Shown here in pieces: positions 37,997 through 51,265 of a stretch of DNA of 60,000 bases. Source of the stretch: Squalus acanthias (lineage: Eukaryota); NCBI GenBank assembly GCA_030390025.1, contig CM059432.1, forward strand, positions 103,542,001 to 103,602,000, written 5' to 3'. The stretch's first letter is position 1; each line of letters starts with the position of its first letter. The position numbers were made by a program, and so were the translations under genes. Under the pieces are notes generated by a model that worked only from the letters and a program-made list of their open reading frames with translations, did no database searches and was not told the DNA's origin.

Positions 37997-39269
37997 GAGT
38001 CTGGAAGAGGTTCTGAAAAATTATTCAAATGAAAGGTACTAAATATTTATTTTGGTTAAAACACAAGGATAGCAGTTACCAGAAAGTGAAATCTGGTGAC
38101 TTCAAAGCACCTCTTATTCTTCTTTCAAAATTAGAGAAAATGCTTCTGAAAAACTGGGCAATAGTTAGAGAATAAGCCATAATGCATAAACAACAATGTG
38201 TGTCTTGCTACAAAAAACTTTTTAAAAATTCACACCATCACAATTTGAGTCATATTAGAAAGTGAAAAACGTGAAAAGTCACTGTGGTTAGAATACAAAG
38301 TCAGGTTCCCAGGGAAGCCAGACTTGATTTGTGGTAAAATTTCAAACTGACTGTAATTTTCTTCCCCTTGTCAGGTACCTAATAGGGGCTGATTCCTGAC
38401 CATGGGTGTTCCCACTCAGAGGCTTCTGCTTTTATTTCCATATATGCTTAGTTTTTACTGCGTGTTATGCTAAACAGCACAAACAAGCCTGTGGAGTATT
38501 CATTCAAACATCTTTGCAATGTGCAGGAGAGATTGTTTCTTCATGTTAAACTATAGTTCCAGAGTGTATCTATGTGATAATGATACTGCATGTTTAAGAG
38601 TTTTAGGTACAGTTTTTTTTGAATGTTGCAACTTTTAATTCTGTTTTAAATTCATCTGTGCACTGAAGTCCACGTTAGAATTGTTTCTCATGGGCTGGTG
38701 TGGTGGCTCAGATTTTTGGACCCTCAAGCCTCAGGAGCACCAAGCAACAACACATGGTTGTGTACCTGCGAACAAACCCCTCCCCAGCCCCCCACCATTG
38801 CCACTGAGGAAAGAGTGAGGAAAATCACAACAGGCTTTGCTTTTTCCACTTCCTAGCTCAAAGTGTATTTGGAAGAGGACTGGGAGCAGACCACCAGTCT
38901 GATCACCCAAAAAAAAATTCTATTTTTTTTGGACTAAAACATTTAAACACAAAATGTAATTTTTGTTAACGTAGTACCCAATTACTTGGGCACCTTTTCG
39001 GTGCAATCACACTCCAATTTAGCGCCAGTCATGGCAGTTGTGGTTTTGTATTGACGCTAAGTACAAGTGAGATGTGACTCAAAAACAGACAAGGAGAATT
39101 CCTCTTCCAGAGAGTCTCATTCTTCTCCCGGCCCTGACTGCAGATTCCGTTTGCACTTACATTCTAATTGCAGCGTTGGTGTGAAGCAGCACTGATTCAC
39201 ACTGATGCCATAGTTAATGGTATGTACGCATCATTAGAAACCAGACTAATTTCAGTGTAGAACCCTCGC

Positions 39270-39545
39270 TTTCTTTACCCTTCCCTCCTAAAGGTAGCTA
39301 TTTATGTTGGAGTGCAGTTCTACAGACTATCGCCACACTGTTGTGCCAGTTCTTCTCTTTTGGCATTCGCATATTGCCACATTCCATTTAAAGGTCACTG
39401 AAGAGTGGACAGGAGCAGAATCTTTCACGATTTTCCCCACTTTAGCCCAGGGTCACTCAGACTAATTGTGATAGCCCTACCACTGTCCTGCCACTTTCCT
39501 GGTCTGCACCATACCACCACGGTGCATTCCCCTATTGAGCCATTA
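39270..39545 (-). mobile_element. tRNA-derived SINE family B (not named here), decayed
   Basis: Reverse-strand similarity to 41143-41510 and 44255-44565. Confidence 0.5.
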
Positions 39546-40564
39546 AGACAGTCATATAATTTTACACTTTTGCCATAGCTGAAAATCCTACATAACATAA
39601 CTGGAAAACTGAAAATACAAAAAAAATTTAGGAAGAATTAATTCAAGGCATTTCACAGTTATCGCCCATTAATTCAAGAATTCATTCAAGGCAATTCACT
39701 GCTGGTTTGGAAAGATTACTTTGTAGCTGATTTGATGTATAAAATATCTATAAAATGTTCAAATTATATTTTTAAAAATTTAAATGTGAAAAAATGCATA
39801 AATTTGACCATTTGCTGTGAAGCATTGCAATGCTGTGGCAACTTAGCAGCATTGGGTGGGTCACCCAGCATAGTTGGAAAAAAGTAGGGAACAAATTTCA
39901 CCCACTAGTTTGAGACCCTGGTGGAACTTGGAGAATGATATATAAAACCCACAAACCGATTTTCAAAGTTGAGACTTTGAATCTCCTAAAATCTCCTAAA
40001 ATTTGACACAACAGTACTGTGCTGCACAAGAAATTGTGCTACAGTAACAGATTTCCATGGCTCGTTAAAGTTGATGCACTGTGCGCTGCCAATGATCCTC
40101 TCCGACCCTCCCCACCCACACCATCAGCAGTAAAATAGTGACTGCATGAACTGTAGCCATGCAAATTTGAGAGTGGTTAGTCTTTTAGATTAAGAAATGT
40201 GGAGTGTCATTTAATTTTGCTACAAGCAAAACTTGGCAGCTGGTTGCAAGAAATTAAACTTCTTTCCTTCAAATTTTTCCCACCCCTTGCACTCCCCCCA
40301 ATGGCTATTTGTTCATTCAGAATTGGATCCCAGGTGCGTTGAAAAGGTGACTAGCCATTTATCTTTAAGCCACTCATGCGAGTTAAGACGGACGAGCTTC
40401 ATTTTTACTGGCATCTAAAATGGGAAGAAGGGAAATTCAAAGATTTGTCAGTATTGCGATTCCCCTCCCCGGTACAGACACAAATGCTTCTGCCATTTAT
40501 AATCAGTGCTAATGTCCATGGCAAAATAGTTTTACCCAGCAGAAGCAATTAACCATATTACATA

Positions 40565-41026
40565 CAAAAGCAAAATACTGCAGATGCTGGAAATCTGAAA
40601 TAAAAACAGAAAATGCTGGAAATACTCAGCAGGTCAGGCAGCATCTGTAGAGAGAGACACAGAGTTAACGTTTCAGGTCGATGACCCTTTGTCAGAATTG
40701 GAAAAAGTTGGAGATGTAACAGGTTTTAAAGCAAGTGCAGGGGCAGGGAGAGGGGGGAAAGGACGGTCTGTGATAGGATAGAAGGCAGGAGAGATTAAGA
40801 GACAAAAGGGATGATCCCTTTTGTCTCTTAATCTCTCCTGCCTTCCATCCTATCACAGACCTTCCCTTTTGTTCTTTCTTCCCCCTTCCCCTCCCCAAAA
40901 ACCTGTTACATCTCCAACTTTTTCCAATTCTGACAAAAGGTCATCGATCTGAAACGTTAACTCGATTTCTCTCTCTACAGATGCTGCCTGACCTGCTGAG
41001 TATTTCCAGCATTTTCTGTTTTTATT
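40565..41026. mobile_element. Fold-back Penelope-derived element (~460 bp hairpin) with hammerhead-like motif in each arm and 16-bp TSD
   Basis: Arms meet at a single nucleotide (40813: aaaagggat-g-atccctttt); hammerhead-like motifs near 40662-40700(-) and 40926-40962(+); TSD ttaaccatattacata at 40549-40564 and 41027-41042. Confidence 0.93.
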
Positions 41027-41142
41027 TTAACCATATTACATAGTTCAGGATAAACAAAAATACCAATAGCAATTTCCAGCTCATAACAGTTTTTTTTTAA
41101 ACATATAATTGAGAGACTCAAGAAGCCCCGAGTAAATTCAGC

Positions 41143-41510
41143 ATGGGTGTGATACTGAACTATGCACACCAGATGGGTCCCAGGTTTGATCCCTGGTCAG
41201 TGTTGAGCTCATTGATCGCCATGTGGTCAGCAGTAGAGTCACTACAATTGGCATCAAACTCTCCAGGCTTGGGCGTGGAAGATTGGAAAGAAAAAAACAT
41301 TAGCCAGGTTCCCCACTTGCATAATCCTTGCTGATTAGTGTGCATGTGTCACATATGAAGACAGGACAAGGCTGAGCTGGGATGTCCCCACCAGCCATTA
41401 AATGGCCTGCTGACCTTCACTATCTAGACTCACAAAGAATGGCAACTTAGGTGAGGTAGCCGAATGTTGATGCACCCCTATGTGAGCCAATGCCTACAGG
41501 ATGGCAAGAG
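41143..41510 (+). mobile_element. tRNA-derived SINE family B (not named here)
   Basis: B-box-like ggtcccaggtttgatccc; body (tgagct..tgatc, caattggc, acaggacaaggctg, aagaatggc) shared with 44255-44565. Confidence 0.65.
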
Positions 41511-41530
41511 AAAAGGAGAAAAAAAAGGTA

Positions 41531-41887
41531 CATGAAACTCTTTCGTATCCGGCACCGACGGGACTGGGATGGTGCCGGTTGATTAAAAATTCCGGATAAC
41601 GGAGAGGTATATCTACTGAGGCTATTTTTAACAAACAAAAATTTAAAAAAATCAAGAAATGTGCAGTATAATTGGGTACTCCCCTACAGAATGTTGTGTT
41701 AAATGGATGGTGGAAGATGCTTGATTAAGTACAGTAATGCCAGTTGAAGGTAATCCATAACTCTTTAATTACTTAACAGTAAAACAAAACTTATAAATGA
41801 CTGTATACTGTAGTTTTCGGAGTATGAATTCTGCCGGTTATTAGAGAATTCCAGATATTTAGGTGCCATTTAAACGAGAGTTTCCTG
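41531..41887. mobile_element. Tc1/mariner (Tigger/pogo-like) MITE
   Basis: Imperfect TIRs catgaaactctttcgtatccggcacc and (reverse complement) caggaaactctcgtttaaatggcacc, each flanked by TA; subterminal ccggataa-type repeats. Confidence 0.7.
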
Positions 41888-42247
41888 TAATTGGCAATGC
41901 AGGGTTTCAGTGCAGCTTCTAAAAGGAAATGGACTGCCCGTTTAGTTAATCAGGGGTGTTGAATCATCAATTAATTAGTACATATAATTCCTACAAACCA
42001 ACCTTATCTTCATATCAAACTTAATTCCATTACTAATCTCAACTAATACAATTTTGAGAACTGTTAGTCCTTTAGGTTTATAGATGCTTAACGTCATTTA
42101 ATTTTCCTACAAGTGAAACTGTTTTTTGGTAGAATTCTAACAAGAGCTCTGTAGCAATTACAATACAGATTCATGCACAAAGCTTTGACCCATACTGTGG
42201 CACCTCAGTCAAGAGTGCCTCGGTTTACAATACTTCTTCCAACAGGA

Positions 42248-42261
42248 GTAACCATAGCAAC
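42248..42261. promoter_or_regulatory. RFX X-box consensus match GTAACCATAGCAAC
   Basis: Matches GTNRCC-N(0-3)-RGYAAC in non-repeat sequence; motif only, function untested. Confidence 0.4.
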
Positions 42262-43416
42262 TTGGGCTAACTCTTCTTTCAAACTATTGCAGTACTTCTC
42301 TCCCACGGTTTGAGCTGGTTGCAAAGCAACATACTCCGAAAACCTTTTGTGAGCCAATGGTCACACTGATAATCTGGTAATAGGAAATAATCTAAGGCTA
42401 ATGCACACATTCCAGGGCAACAGTGTGTTTTCTTATGTGACCTTTCAATACTACATTCCAAGGGCAGTCTTCCAAAGAAAGCAGCATACAGAACAAAAAG
42501 AAGAATTCTTAAAAACACTTTTCTGAGCATACTTACAGCTACCTGTTCATTGTTAGTAGGAACAAAACTAGACGGACCTTATAAGATTGTTAAATAATTT
42601 GTAGCAAAGACTCCAATTATCATTTCCAATAACAAATCACCGTCCCCGTCCCACAATGATTTTCAACTAGAACTTTTTGGAAGTTTTGTAAGTGTCATTT
42701 TAAACAAATGCTTTCTGTCCTGTATTTGGTTTGTACTCTGTGCAGTGCGAGTGTACAGCAGACAATTTATGTAACTGTTTGAGCTATGCTTTCTCTTACA
42801 GTGCATCATAACTCCCTTGTCCTTAAAGTGCATCATCTTAAAATTGAGTTTGAGATGAATTGGAAAATCAGGTGCTAAAACTTTGAAAGTCAGAACATTA
42901 ACACCATAGGAATAAAACTTTCTACTTTTCTTAATCAAGGGCTAAATTCTGAAAATGTTTTACTTCTGAACTCCTTGTAATTTAAAGCCTATTAAAAAAT
43001 AAAGATTTTACCTAAAATACAGAAGATAAAAAGGAGATGTCTAGGTCATAAGAAACAAGAATCAAACTTTCTATGACTTGGAATATAATCTTACACAAAT
43101 CATCAGAAAGTTGGATATTGTTAAAGTAATTCAGTTTAAAATAATATACTGAAATGTTTAGGGACTCCTAGAGTGTGAAAACTTTATTAAAAAGGTGACG
43201 GAGAATGAGAATGCCACCGTCAATAGCAAAGACTAAGTTTGACAAAAATAATGTTGACCTTCAAGAGGCTGGGGTGGCATATAAAAAAAACTTCCACATA
43301 AGTTTGATATTTAGAAGCCCTGTAATCTTCCTCACGTGGCAAGTTTCAGAGTGAGAGAGGGAGGGAGGAAGAGAAAGACTAATTCCAAGTGAGTCATTCT
43401 AGAGCAGTCTACGTAT

Positions 43417-43531
43417 CTCCCATCCAGTGCTCTACCACCTCCCATCCAGTGCTCTACCACCTCCCATCCAGTGCTCTACCACCTCCCATCCAGTGCTCTA
43501 CCACCTCCCATCCAGTGCTCTACCACCTCCC
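43417..43531 (+). repeat. 22-bp minisatellite (ctcccatccagtgctctaccac) x5 plus 5 nt
   Basis: Five identical units read directly. Confidence 0.97.
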
Positions 43532-44254
43532 TGCACTTAGATTTTCTACCTGCACCTCGGCCAGGAAATTAAGAATGATGAGTAATTGTCTGGGCGTGAG
43601 TGGTAGAATAAATAGACAGAAAACTCTGTAATTAATACTGGTTAAAATAAACAGCAATACTATATTTCTAAATTCTTCCTGAACTTCGGAATACCAAATC
43701 AATCCACACTTGATACGGACAAGCTCAAGGCTAATATATTTTCTTCCCTTCTCCCATTTTCTTTCCCACTAAGCAGAGAGACTAGAGCGTCAATGATATC
43801 CTCAAGGTAGGGTACGCAACTCAACAGCTTGGTTACAAATGTAACCCATTCATCAGACTCATACTGTAACTGGGAAAGTTACACAATCCTTTACTGGCTT
43901 TTGATACTTAGTTGTAAGCAGGTATGCATTGAAGACATTATGCAAAAGATTACAGAAGAGAGTCTCGTTAACACTAAAAAATTACGTAAATAACACACTA
44001 GACAAGAAGTGGGGTGTGAATTGACACCATGCCTTCAGGCCACAAAAAAACTAATTTTCCCCGAAAAGGTCATATTTCTCAAGTCAAGAAGTATTCTTTC
44101 TAACTTAAATAGATGAATCCACACACAAACAGATGTAGCATCCAACGTGGTGATTTTACACTTCCCACAAGTCATCATCCAAACCCTTTCTAATGACGTC
44201 ATGTGGAAGTGTGCGCATCTACAAAAACATGAAAAATAGCTCGAACAGTGCAAG

Positions 44255-44565
44255 GTCCCAGGTTTGATACTTAGTCTGTGCTGAGTTAGCTGATCTCAGT
44301 CAGGGCTGTGGTGGAGTTGGCATGATTAACCTCAGTGTCCCTGGGCTAAGAAGAGGGAAAGAAAAAGATCACTATCGCGTGACCCCTCCCAGAAACTTTG
44401 GAACCCAACAGGATCAGGTCTGGCATGGTGCCTCCTCCACATCAAATACAATCCCAGGCCCATTGTCCAGATTCAAAGAATGCCCATTTGATCATGGTCC
44501 AGAAGAGTTGCCAGTACCCTTAGAACTGCACCCCAACATGGGTCACCACCTTCATGAGAGGAAGC
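44255..44565 (+). mobile_element. tRNA-derived SINE family B (not named here)
   Basis: ggtcccaggtttgatac..tgtgctgagttagctgatctcag; homologous to 41143-41510. Confidence 0.65.
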
Positions 44566-44767
44566 GATGAAATCAAAAGGGTAAAAAACCACAACACTAA
44601 CATTAATCAAGTCATAAACATGATGGTGCAAAACAAAACTTAATCACATAGGCACTCAATACCTGAACAGCTAGTTCACCCAAAAAAGCGATAAAAGATA
44701 AAATCATTTTAAAACTTGCATAAAAAATTTTTATTGCACATTTCTATAGTATAAATAGAATAGATGC

Positions 44768-45040
44768 AACAACAAAACAACTTGCATTCATATAGCGCCT
44801 TTAACGTAATAAAATATCCCAAGGTGCTTCACAGGAGTGTTATCAAACAAAATTTGAGATCGAGCCACATAAGAAGAAACAAGAATAGGTAAAGAGGTAG
44901 GTTTTAAGGGGTGTCTTAAAGGAGGAGGGAGAGGCAGAGAGGTTTAGGAAGGGAATTCCAAAGCCTTGGGCCCAGGCAGCTGAAGGCATGGCCACCAACG
45001 GTGGAGTGATTAAAATCGGGGATGCGCAAGAGACCAGGTG
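44768..45040 (-). mobile_element. L2-type LINE 3' end
   Basis: caacttgcattcatatagcgcc tail; body homologous to 22597-22860. Confidence 0.85.
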
Positions 45041-47589
45041 ATCAATGTTTTACTAAAAGCAAATACTTGTGCTGCCCTTGATGTCACTCATGACATTAGT
45101 AGTGCCGTGGGTGTCGCTGAGCAATTTATGTTGTGTAACCACTGGCTGCGATGTGAATCCTTCATGGTTGCAGTTCTATTTGATGCCAATGTACACATTT
45201 ATGGGACTGAATAGTGACACTGGATCATGAATTCTGTATTGCAAATCGGAAATATAGTGCAAATGTAAAAAAAGGTGTAGCGTTTTGATGTCCAAATTAA
45301 CATTGGGGAATTAATACTCTTGCAGTTAGAAATAAGTAATTTCTTTGGCAAAAAGTATGCATTAAAGGGAACAGTGTGGAACCCACACATCTCGTCAAGA
45401 TAGGTTACAAGCACTTCCACTGAAACTGATCACAAAGCAGTCAGTCAGTCAAATTCCAGCAACATATCAGCTTATGCTTCAGAATATGTAATTACTCATC
45501 TGAACTACTGTTTACAACCACAGGAATCTTCACAATTAATTCTGTTTCTCTTTTGTTAGTCAGTATCTGTACAATTGCCCAGCCAGAAACAGGTCTCTTC
45601 AATAAAATTGCTCCAAGGCTAAGCTCAGGAAAAACTGCATGGAACAAAGAAGTCATGCCTTCCTGTATAAACGTAAGTAGGCCACAAGCTCAGTTGTTTG
45701 TCTAATACAATTATAGTCTGCAAGAAAAGGCAATTTGATAAATGCATTGCAGGCATATTAAAGAAAATGTGTGTGGGGAGGGGGGTTAGAATTAATGAAC
45801 AGTCAAGCGACAAACAGGGACTAAATTTAGTCAAATGCTGTCAAAAATCACAGAAGGTGCTGCCAATTTGGGTTGTCTAACAAATCAGAACCATTTCACT
45901 TTACTCAAGCTTTGCAGCCTGATTGATTCTACTCATTATTTGGTCTGATCTCATTTTCACACATGGAAGTAATATGAAATCCAGATGTTCATTTGTAGCT
46001 GGGCACAGAACAACTGCTCATCCACACGCAATCCTGTAATATAGGATAACAGACTCCTCCTTTTCAAATTATACATTGCCTCATTTTATACATGTAGAGG
46101 ATTCTGTACTCAATTTGAGAATTTAAAAAGACAATCAGCTACTACAAGCCATGTTTAAATTATATCACATTCTCTCCAGAATCAGTATTAAAAGAATAAA
46201 GCCATGTTCTATGTATTGTACTACTGTGAGGGTAGTGTGGAGTTTACGCTGCGTTTAACTGCCCAAAAGCAGCCCTATTCTGATTTCAAATGACCTCAAT
46301 AGTTACTCATCACAGTTCTTTTTCGCTGCAAATTTTGTGTTAATGCAAAGTAGTTTGGGCTTTGCATCAGATCAAAATGTGTAATAAAACAAGAATTAAG
46401 TTTGCAAACTTAACACAGCTTAACATTTTAGTGCATGGCAAGTGATCAACTTTACGAGTATAACTGTAACTAATTCAAAGCAACATTAAACTGTTTTAAT
46501 GTTAGCAGAGAGAGACACAGACATTGTCCCATCGGCTGTTTACTATTAAAATCTATCCAGTATTTTGATATTGGCGAGTGAAGCTTTGCAGGAACACGTG
46601 CATGCTGCTCCACTTTGACTCTGGACCAAACAGTACTATAGCTGCACCCCTAATGACCTCACACTGATAGGCCCTTCGGAAAGGTTGACAGAGAAATGGC
46701 AATCACAGCAACTTAATACAAAGGTGTCACTTACTCATGATGCATAAGTACCAGACTGAGCTCTGCTGGGTCAGTGTTTTTTTTAATAGTTCCTTGTCGC
46801 ACAGTTTTAAATGCAACTTGTGCTGCTTTTCCATTCCTTACTCAAGTCCAGTGGAGTTTGAAGCTTGAAATTATTGGAAGAGAAAGGAGCGAGAAAAGAA
46901 GCACTCATATTTCACCGAATGTGCAATGCCAAAAATATAAGTACCGTATTTACAGATCAAAGTGGCTTGTGCGTCAGAGATTACAATTTCTTTTTATTCC
47001 ACATTTTGTTAACTGGGAGTTAACTTTATTAACGCCCATTATTTCAAGATTCAACCTTTATACATCCGACTGAGAGTTCTGTATATTGTTGCACATAAAA
47101 TCTCATCAATTTTAAACTGCACTCAGCTTTTGTGACGAGGGTATACAAAGCTTTGTCCAAGCCTTTTACCTTCTAACATTCTTTCCATGGCAGTGGCATT
47201 GAGTGTAAATTTTACGCTTCAGTGCGTTATGAAAATCTCAATAGAGGCCAGTGTCTGCTTGCTGAGGCTCAGATCCCATTCTTGGGATCATCCAGATAAC
47301 CTTTCCAGTGACGGAGAGAGCTTTCACAACACATTTAAGAAATGATAAGCACACAAAGCAAGAATGTTTTAAATAGTTAAAAAAATCCACTTTCCCAGTC
47401 TTAAGCGTATAATGACCAGATTAGTATTTTCTTGGAGGGAGATCTTTTAAAAGATATTTTAATGATTGCAGCAGATTCTTGGAGAAAGATTGTGTGTGGA
47501 GGGGCAAATACACTGATTTCTAGGGTTCTGTACATGATTAAGCACATGCATAGTATCACCATGTACGGTGATTAAAATATTACAGGCCG

Positions 47590-47903
47590 TTTTGTTCGTG
47601 GGCGAATCCAGAACAAGGGGACATAACTTTTAAATTAGAACTAGGCCATTCAGGGATGATGTCAGAAAGCACTTCCTCACACAAAGGGTAGTGGAAATCT
47701 GTAAGTCTCTTTCTCCAAAAAGCTATTGAGTCTGGGTCAGTTGAAAATTTCAGAACTGGGATCAATAGATTTTTTGTTAGGGAAGGGTATTAAGGGATAT
47801 GGAACCAAGGCAGGTAAAAGGAGTTAAGATACAGATCAGCCATGATGTAACTGAATGGCGGAACAGGCTCGAGGGGCTGAATGGCCGACTCTTGTTCCTA
47901 TGT
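47590..47903 (+). mobile_element. CR1-type LINE 3' end
   Basis: agaacaaggggacataac, acacaaagggtagtggaaatctg and terminal tcagccatga..gaatggcggaacaggctcgaggggctgaatggcc. Confidence 0.85.
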
Positions 47904-48479
47904 TAAATGCTCGGCAAACATTCTGAGTTGCAGATACAACTTCTGATGTTGCTCGTGTCTGATTTTCTATGAGTGACCAACACGGGATGGAATCTTAGCA
48001 CAGGCTGTTCCAGAAACTCTCAAAATCTCCAAAAACTCCCCAACAGACAGCAATGGGTCAACCAATGTTTACAGCAACCGTTGAGGGTGGTTTTGACAGC
48101 CTCATTGTTATTCATTACCAATGATCAAACCACTAAACCACAAGAGAAACTGTCAAACTAGAGCCAAAACACTTCAAGAACATTTTCTCAGCACAAGGTT
48201 GCGCCCAAGTTACTTGTTAGCAACAGGAATGAGTAATAATAATGATTTTTTTAAAAAGACTGAAGATGCCATCTCACAATGTTGTCTCTGGTCACCAATA
48301 CATATCAAGGAATGTCTAGAAGTAGTTGCATAATAAACCCTTCATTCTATTCTGATTTGCAAATTCAAGCCTCTCTCAATGCAATATAAAAATGAATAAA
48401 AATACATACTTACATCCCTCATTTTTAACTTCTTTGGTCAGATTTACAGCACTTTGAAAATTAGGTCAAAGAGGAAAAA

Positions 48480-48697
48480 AATTGCAGATGGTGGAAACCT
48501 GAAGGAAAAAGAAAATGCTGGAAACGCTCAGCAGGTCGGTCAGGGTCCGTGGAGAGAGAACAGACAAGTTAACTCTTCAGGTATAGACTCTTCCTCAGAA
48601 CTACTTTGATGAAGGGTTATACCTGAAACATTAACCCATGTGTTGTCTCCACAGGTCCTAACTGACCCGCTGAGTTTTCCAGCATTTTCTGTATTTT
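48480..48697. mobile_element. Older, diverged fold-back Penelope-derived element
   Basis: Left arm gaaaatgctggaaacgctcagcaggtc..., right arm ...gacccgctgagttttccagcattttct; decayed hammerhead cores (ctgagga on minus, ttgatga on plus); no clear TSD. Confidence 0.82.
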
Positions 48698-50199
48698 GAT
48701 AATAAGGAATCTGGCTAGAAATATAAAAAGGCTTTTAACACAGCCCTAACATTGCTACGCTACAAGAATTGGATACTGAAACTGCCTTTACAGTGGGAAT
48801 TGGGTTTTGTGCTCTAACAACATTTGTTCCAGCTAGCACAGCAGCAGTACCAGTAAAAACAGGTTAGAGTGTTATTACAAGTGGTCATTTTGACAGGATT
48901 CTCAATCAATACCCCTCTGCCAAGACCTCATATATATGCATAAAACCCACACAAGTTGTTTAACTTTAAATTCAGCAGAGAAAGGTCACCATGAAATAAT
49001 ATTTGAAAAGGAAAATTCATTGTTGCTCAGAGATGTAAATGCAACATGCATTCACAATGTGCATTCATCCAATCTCCCAAAAGTATTACAGTCCATCACC
49101 ACCATATTGTCTGTATCAGAACTGTGCGCAAAATATAGCGCAGCATCTACATGATTTACACACTTTACAAACCCAGAGTTCAACATCATATAACAAATAC
49201 TTGAACTAACTCACTATAAAACAGCAGCTTTAGCCAAAAAAGAAAACCTTCTGCATTAACACAGTTTATAACTTGTATTATTATTCTTCCAAAATATTTA
49301 TACAGGATATAAAATCTTCTTCAACCAATGGATTGTTTACAAAGAGGCCTGGTCAATGGCTGATTGTGACAAGGTTGTAAATAGAACATGAGATACAAAA
49401 CACATAAAATCCAGAACGAAAAATGTTAAACGGTTTCACATCTTTCAAAAAAAAAGAGCAGTTTAATTTAAAAATGTTAGTGATATAAAAATCAAGCTGC
49501 TTGACTGCTGGCTTAAGACACGTCAAGGAGATCATGAATGCATCATATTGGCAGCGAGTTCCAAATTTGAAATCCTGTAAAGTTAGCAGGACATTACCTA
49601 CAGGTTTTATTGTAGAATGGATGTTGTGCGTACATCTTGCTCCAGTATCCATTAGATTGGAGCTTAAAGCTATCCTGCAGATCCAGATCGGTTAGTGTAC
49701 TTAAACACCAGTACCACATACCTTCAGGCTCTGCTCTGTGCAGTTGGAACAAATGACTCCCTTAGTCTCTGTTCAATGTGGAATAGGTAACCTGGAGTTT
49801 ACATATAAACGGTACTCTTACTGTGACAACTATATTTGCAACAAGGGATTTTTTTTAAAACGATCAGAGTTCCTCGCTCAGAGACAGTTGGTAATGCATG
49901 TCACTGCGCGGATGCAGGCTGAAATCCCAGCCTCAGCAGGCATTCATATCATGGTTTCTTCCACCATCCAGATGGTGAGTTACTGATATTGGTGTAGTTA
50001 CCAGACATAGCACCAACTGGAGGCCAGGTATCTTGTTGTCTTTTTCAGAGTGTAAAAGTTATTTTAAAACAGGTTGTAAACAGAGCATAAAAGATACAAA
50101 ACAAAAACTCCACACAAATTGTGTGTGGAAAGTGTTTTTCATTCCACACAAGTAAGGCCAGCACCTTCCTGCCATTTTGAATTCAACTGTTGCCCCACC

Positions 50200-50815
50200 A
50201 AGGTACAGTTCTGGGCACCGCACCTTAGAAAGGATATATTGGCCTTGGAAGGAGTACAGCGCAGATTCACCAGAATGTTACCAGGGTTCCAAGGGTTAGA
50301 ATCTGAGGAGATGTTACATAAACTAGGCTTGTATTCCCTGGAATACAGAAGGTTAAGGGGTGATTTGATTGAGGTTTTAAGGATTTTGGAAAGGAATTAA
50401 TAGAGTAGAGTAAATAGAGAAACTTTCTCCGCTGGTGCTGGGAGTCTAGAACAAGGGGACATAACCTTACAATCAGCACGGTCATTCAGGAGAGAAGTTA
50501 GGAAACACGTTTCACCCACATTACAACAGTGAATACACTCCAAAAGTACTTCATTGGCTGTAAAGAGACATCCGGTGGTCGTGAAAGGCGCTATACAAAT
50601 GCAAGTCTTTTTTCTTTCAAAAGGGTGGAACTTTCTCCCACAAAAAACAGTTGATGCCAGCTCAATTAATAATTTTAAACCTGAGATAGACAGATTTTTA
50701 CTAGCCAAGGGTATTGAGCCAAGGTGGGTAAATGGAGTTAGGATACAGATCAGCCATTGAGCTCATTGAATGGTGGAACAGGCTCTAGGGGCTGAATGGC
50801 CTACTCCTGTTCCTA
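50200..50815 (+). mobile_element. CR1-type LINE 3' region containing a SINE-tail insertion at about 50506-50617
   Basis: Peptide VQFWAPHLRKDILALEGVQRRFTRMLPG..RRLRGDLIEV; insertion acattacaacagtg..ggcgctatacaaatgcaagtc matches the SacSINE1-like tail. Confidence 0.88.
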
Positions 50816-51009
50816 CTATTGGTATGGCAGTTGCACGTTTCACTAACAGCTTAGGATTGGGTTTCATAACATCCAGTTAGAGGCTGGAAAAGACTCAACT
50901 TTTTTTTTTAAACTAAGCTAGCTGTCAACAGATGCACTGATGCAATATTATTGGTTTTTTTGTCATTTTTAATGAGATCCATTGTTGTTTATTGCCCTTC
51001 CTTTTCCTC

Positions 51010-51265
51010 ATGTATTTCCTCCCCGTCTCACAAATGCATTCATACTTTGCTGAGGCACAAGTCAACTGGCAAATAGCAGCCTCCAGTACGTTAGCCAAAT
51101 GACCATAATTTTTGTGTGAGCCTCGACAGTGAGTATCGGCAAGCTATTTGATGTGAATGCATCACAGTCAGCCCCAATCCTTGCCTCTCTCAATGACAAC
51201 ACATGCAATTCCAGCCAGGGTTGCTGGATAGCCATCAGAAATAAGAATGCTTAACTGATTTCACC
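51010..51265 (-). mobile_element. tRNA-derived SINE family B fragment
   Basis: tgtgagcctcgacagtgagtatcggcaagctattt is the reverse complement of motifs in 41400-41440. Confidence 0.5.

Noticed and set aside
43417..43531. CRISPR-like short direct repeats
   Set aside because: Units are contiguous with no spacers, no cas genes, eukaryotic context
49722..49791. Minus-strand exon candidate with strong gaag|gtatgt donor
   Set aside because: Stop codons in all three frames and weak polypyrimidine tract
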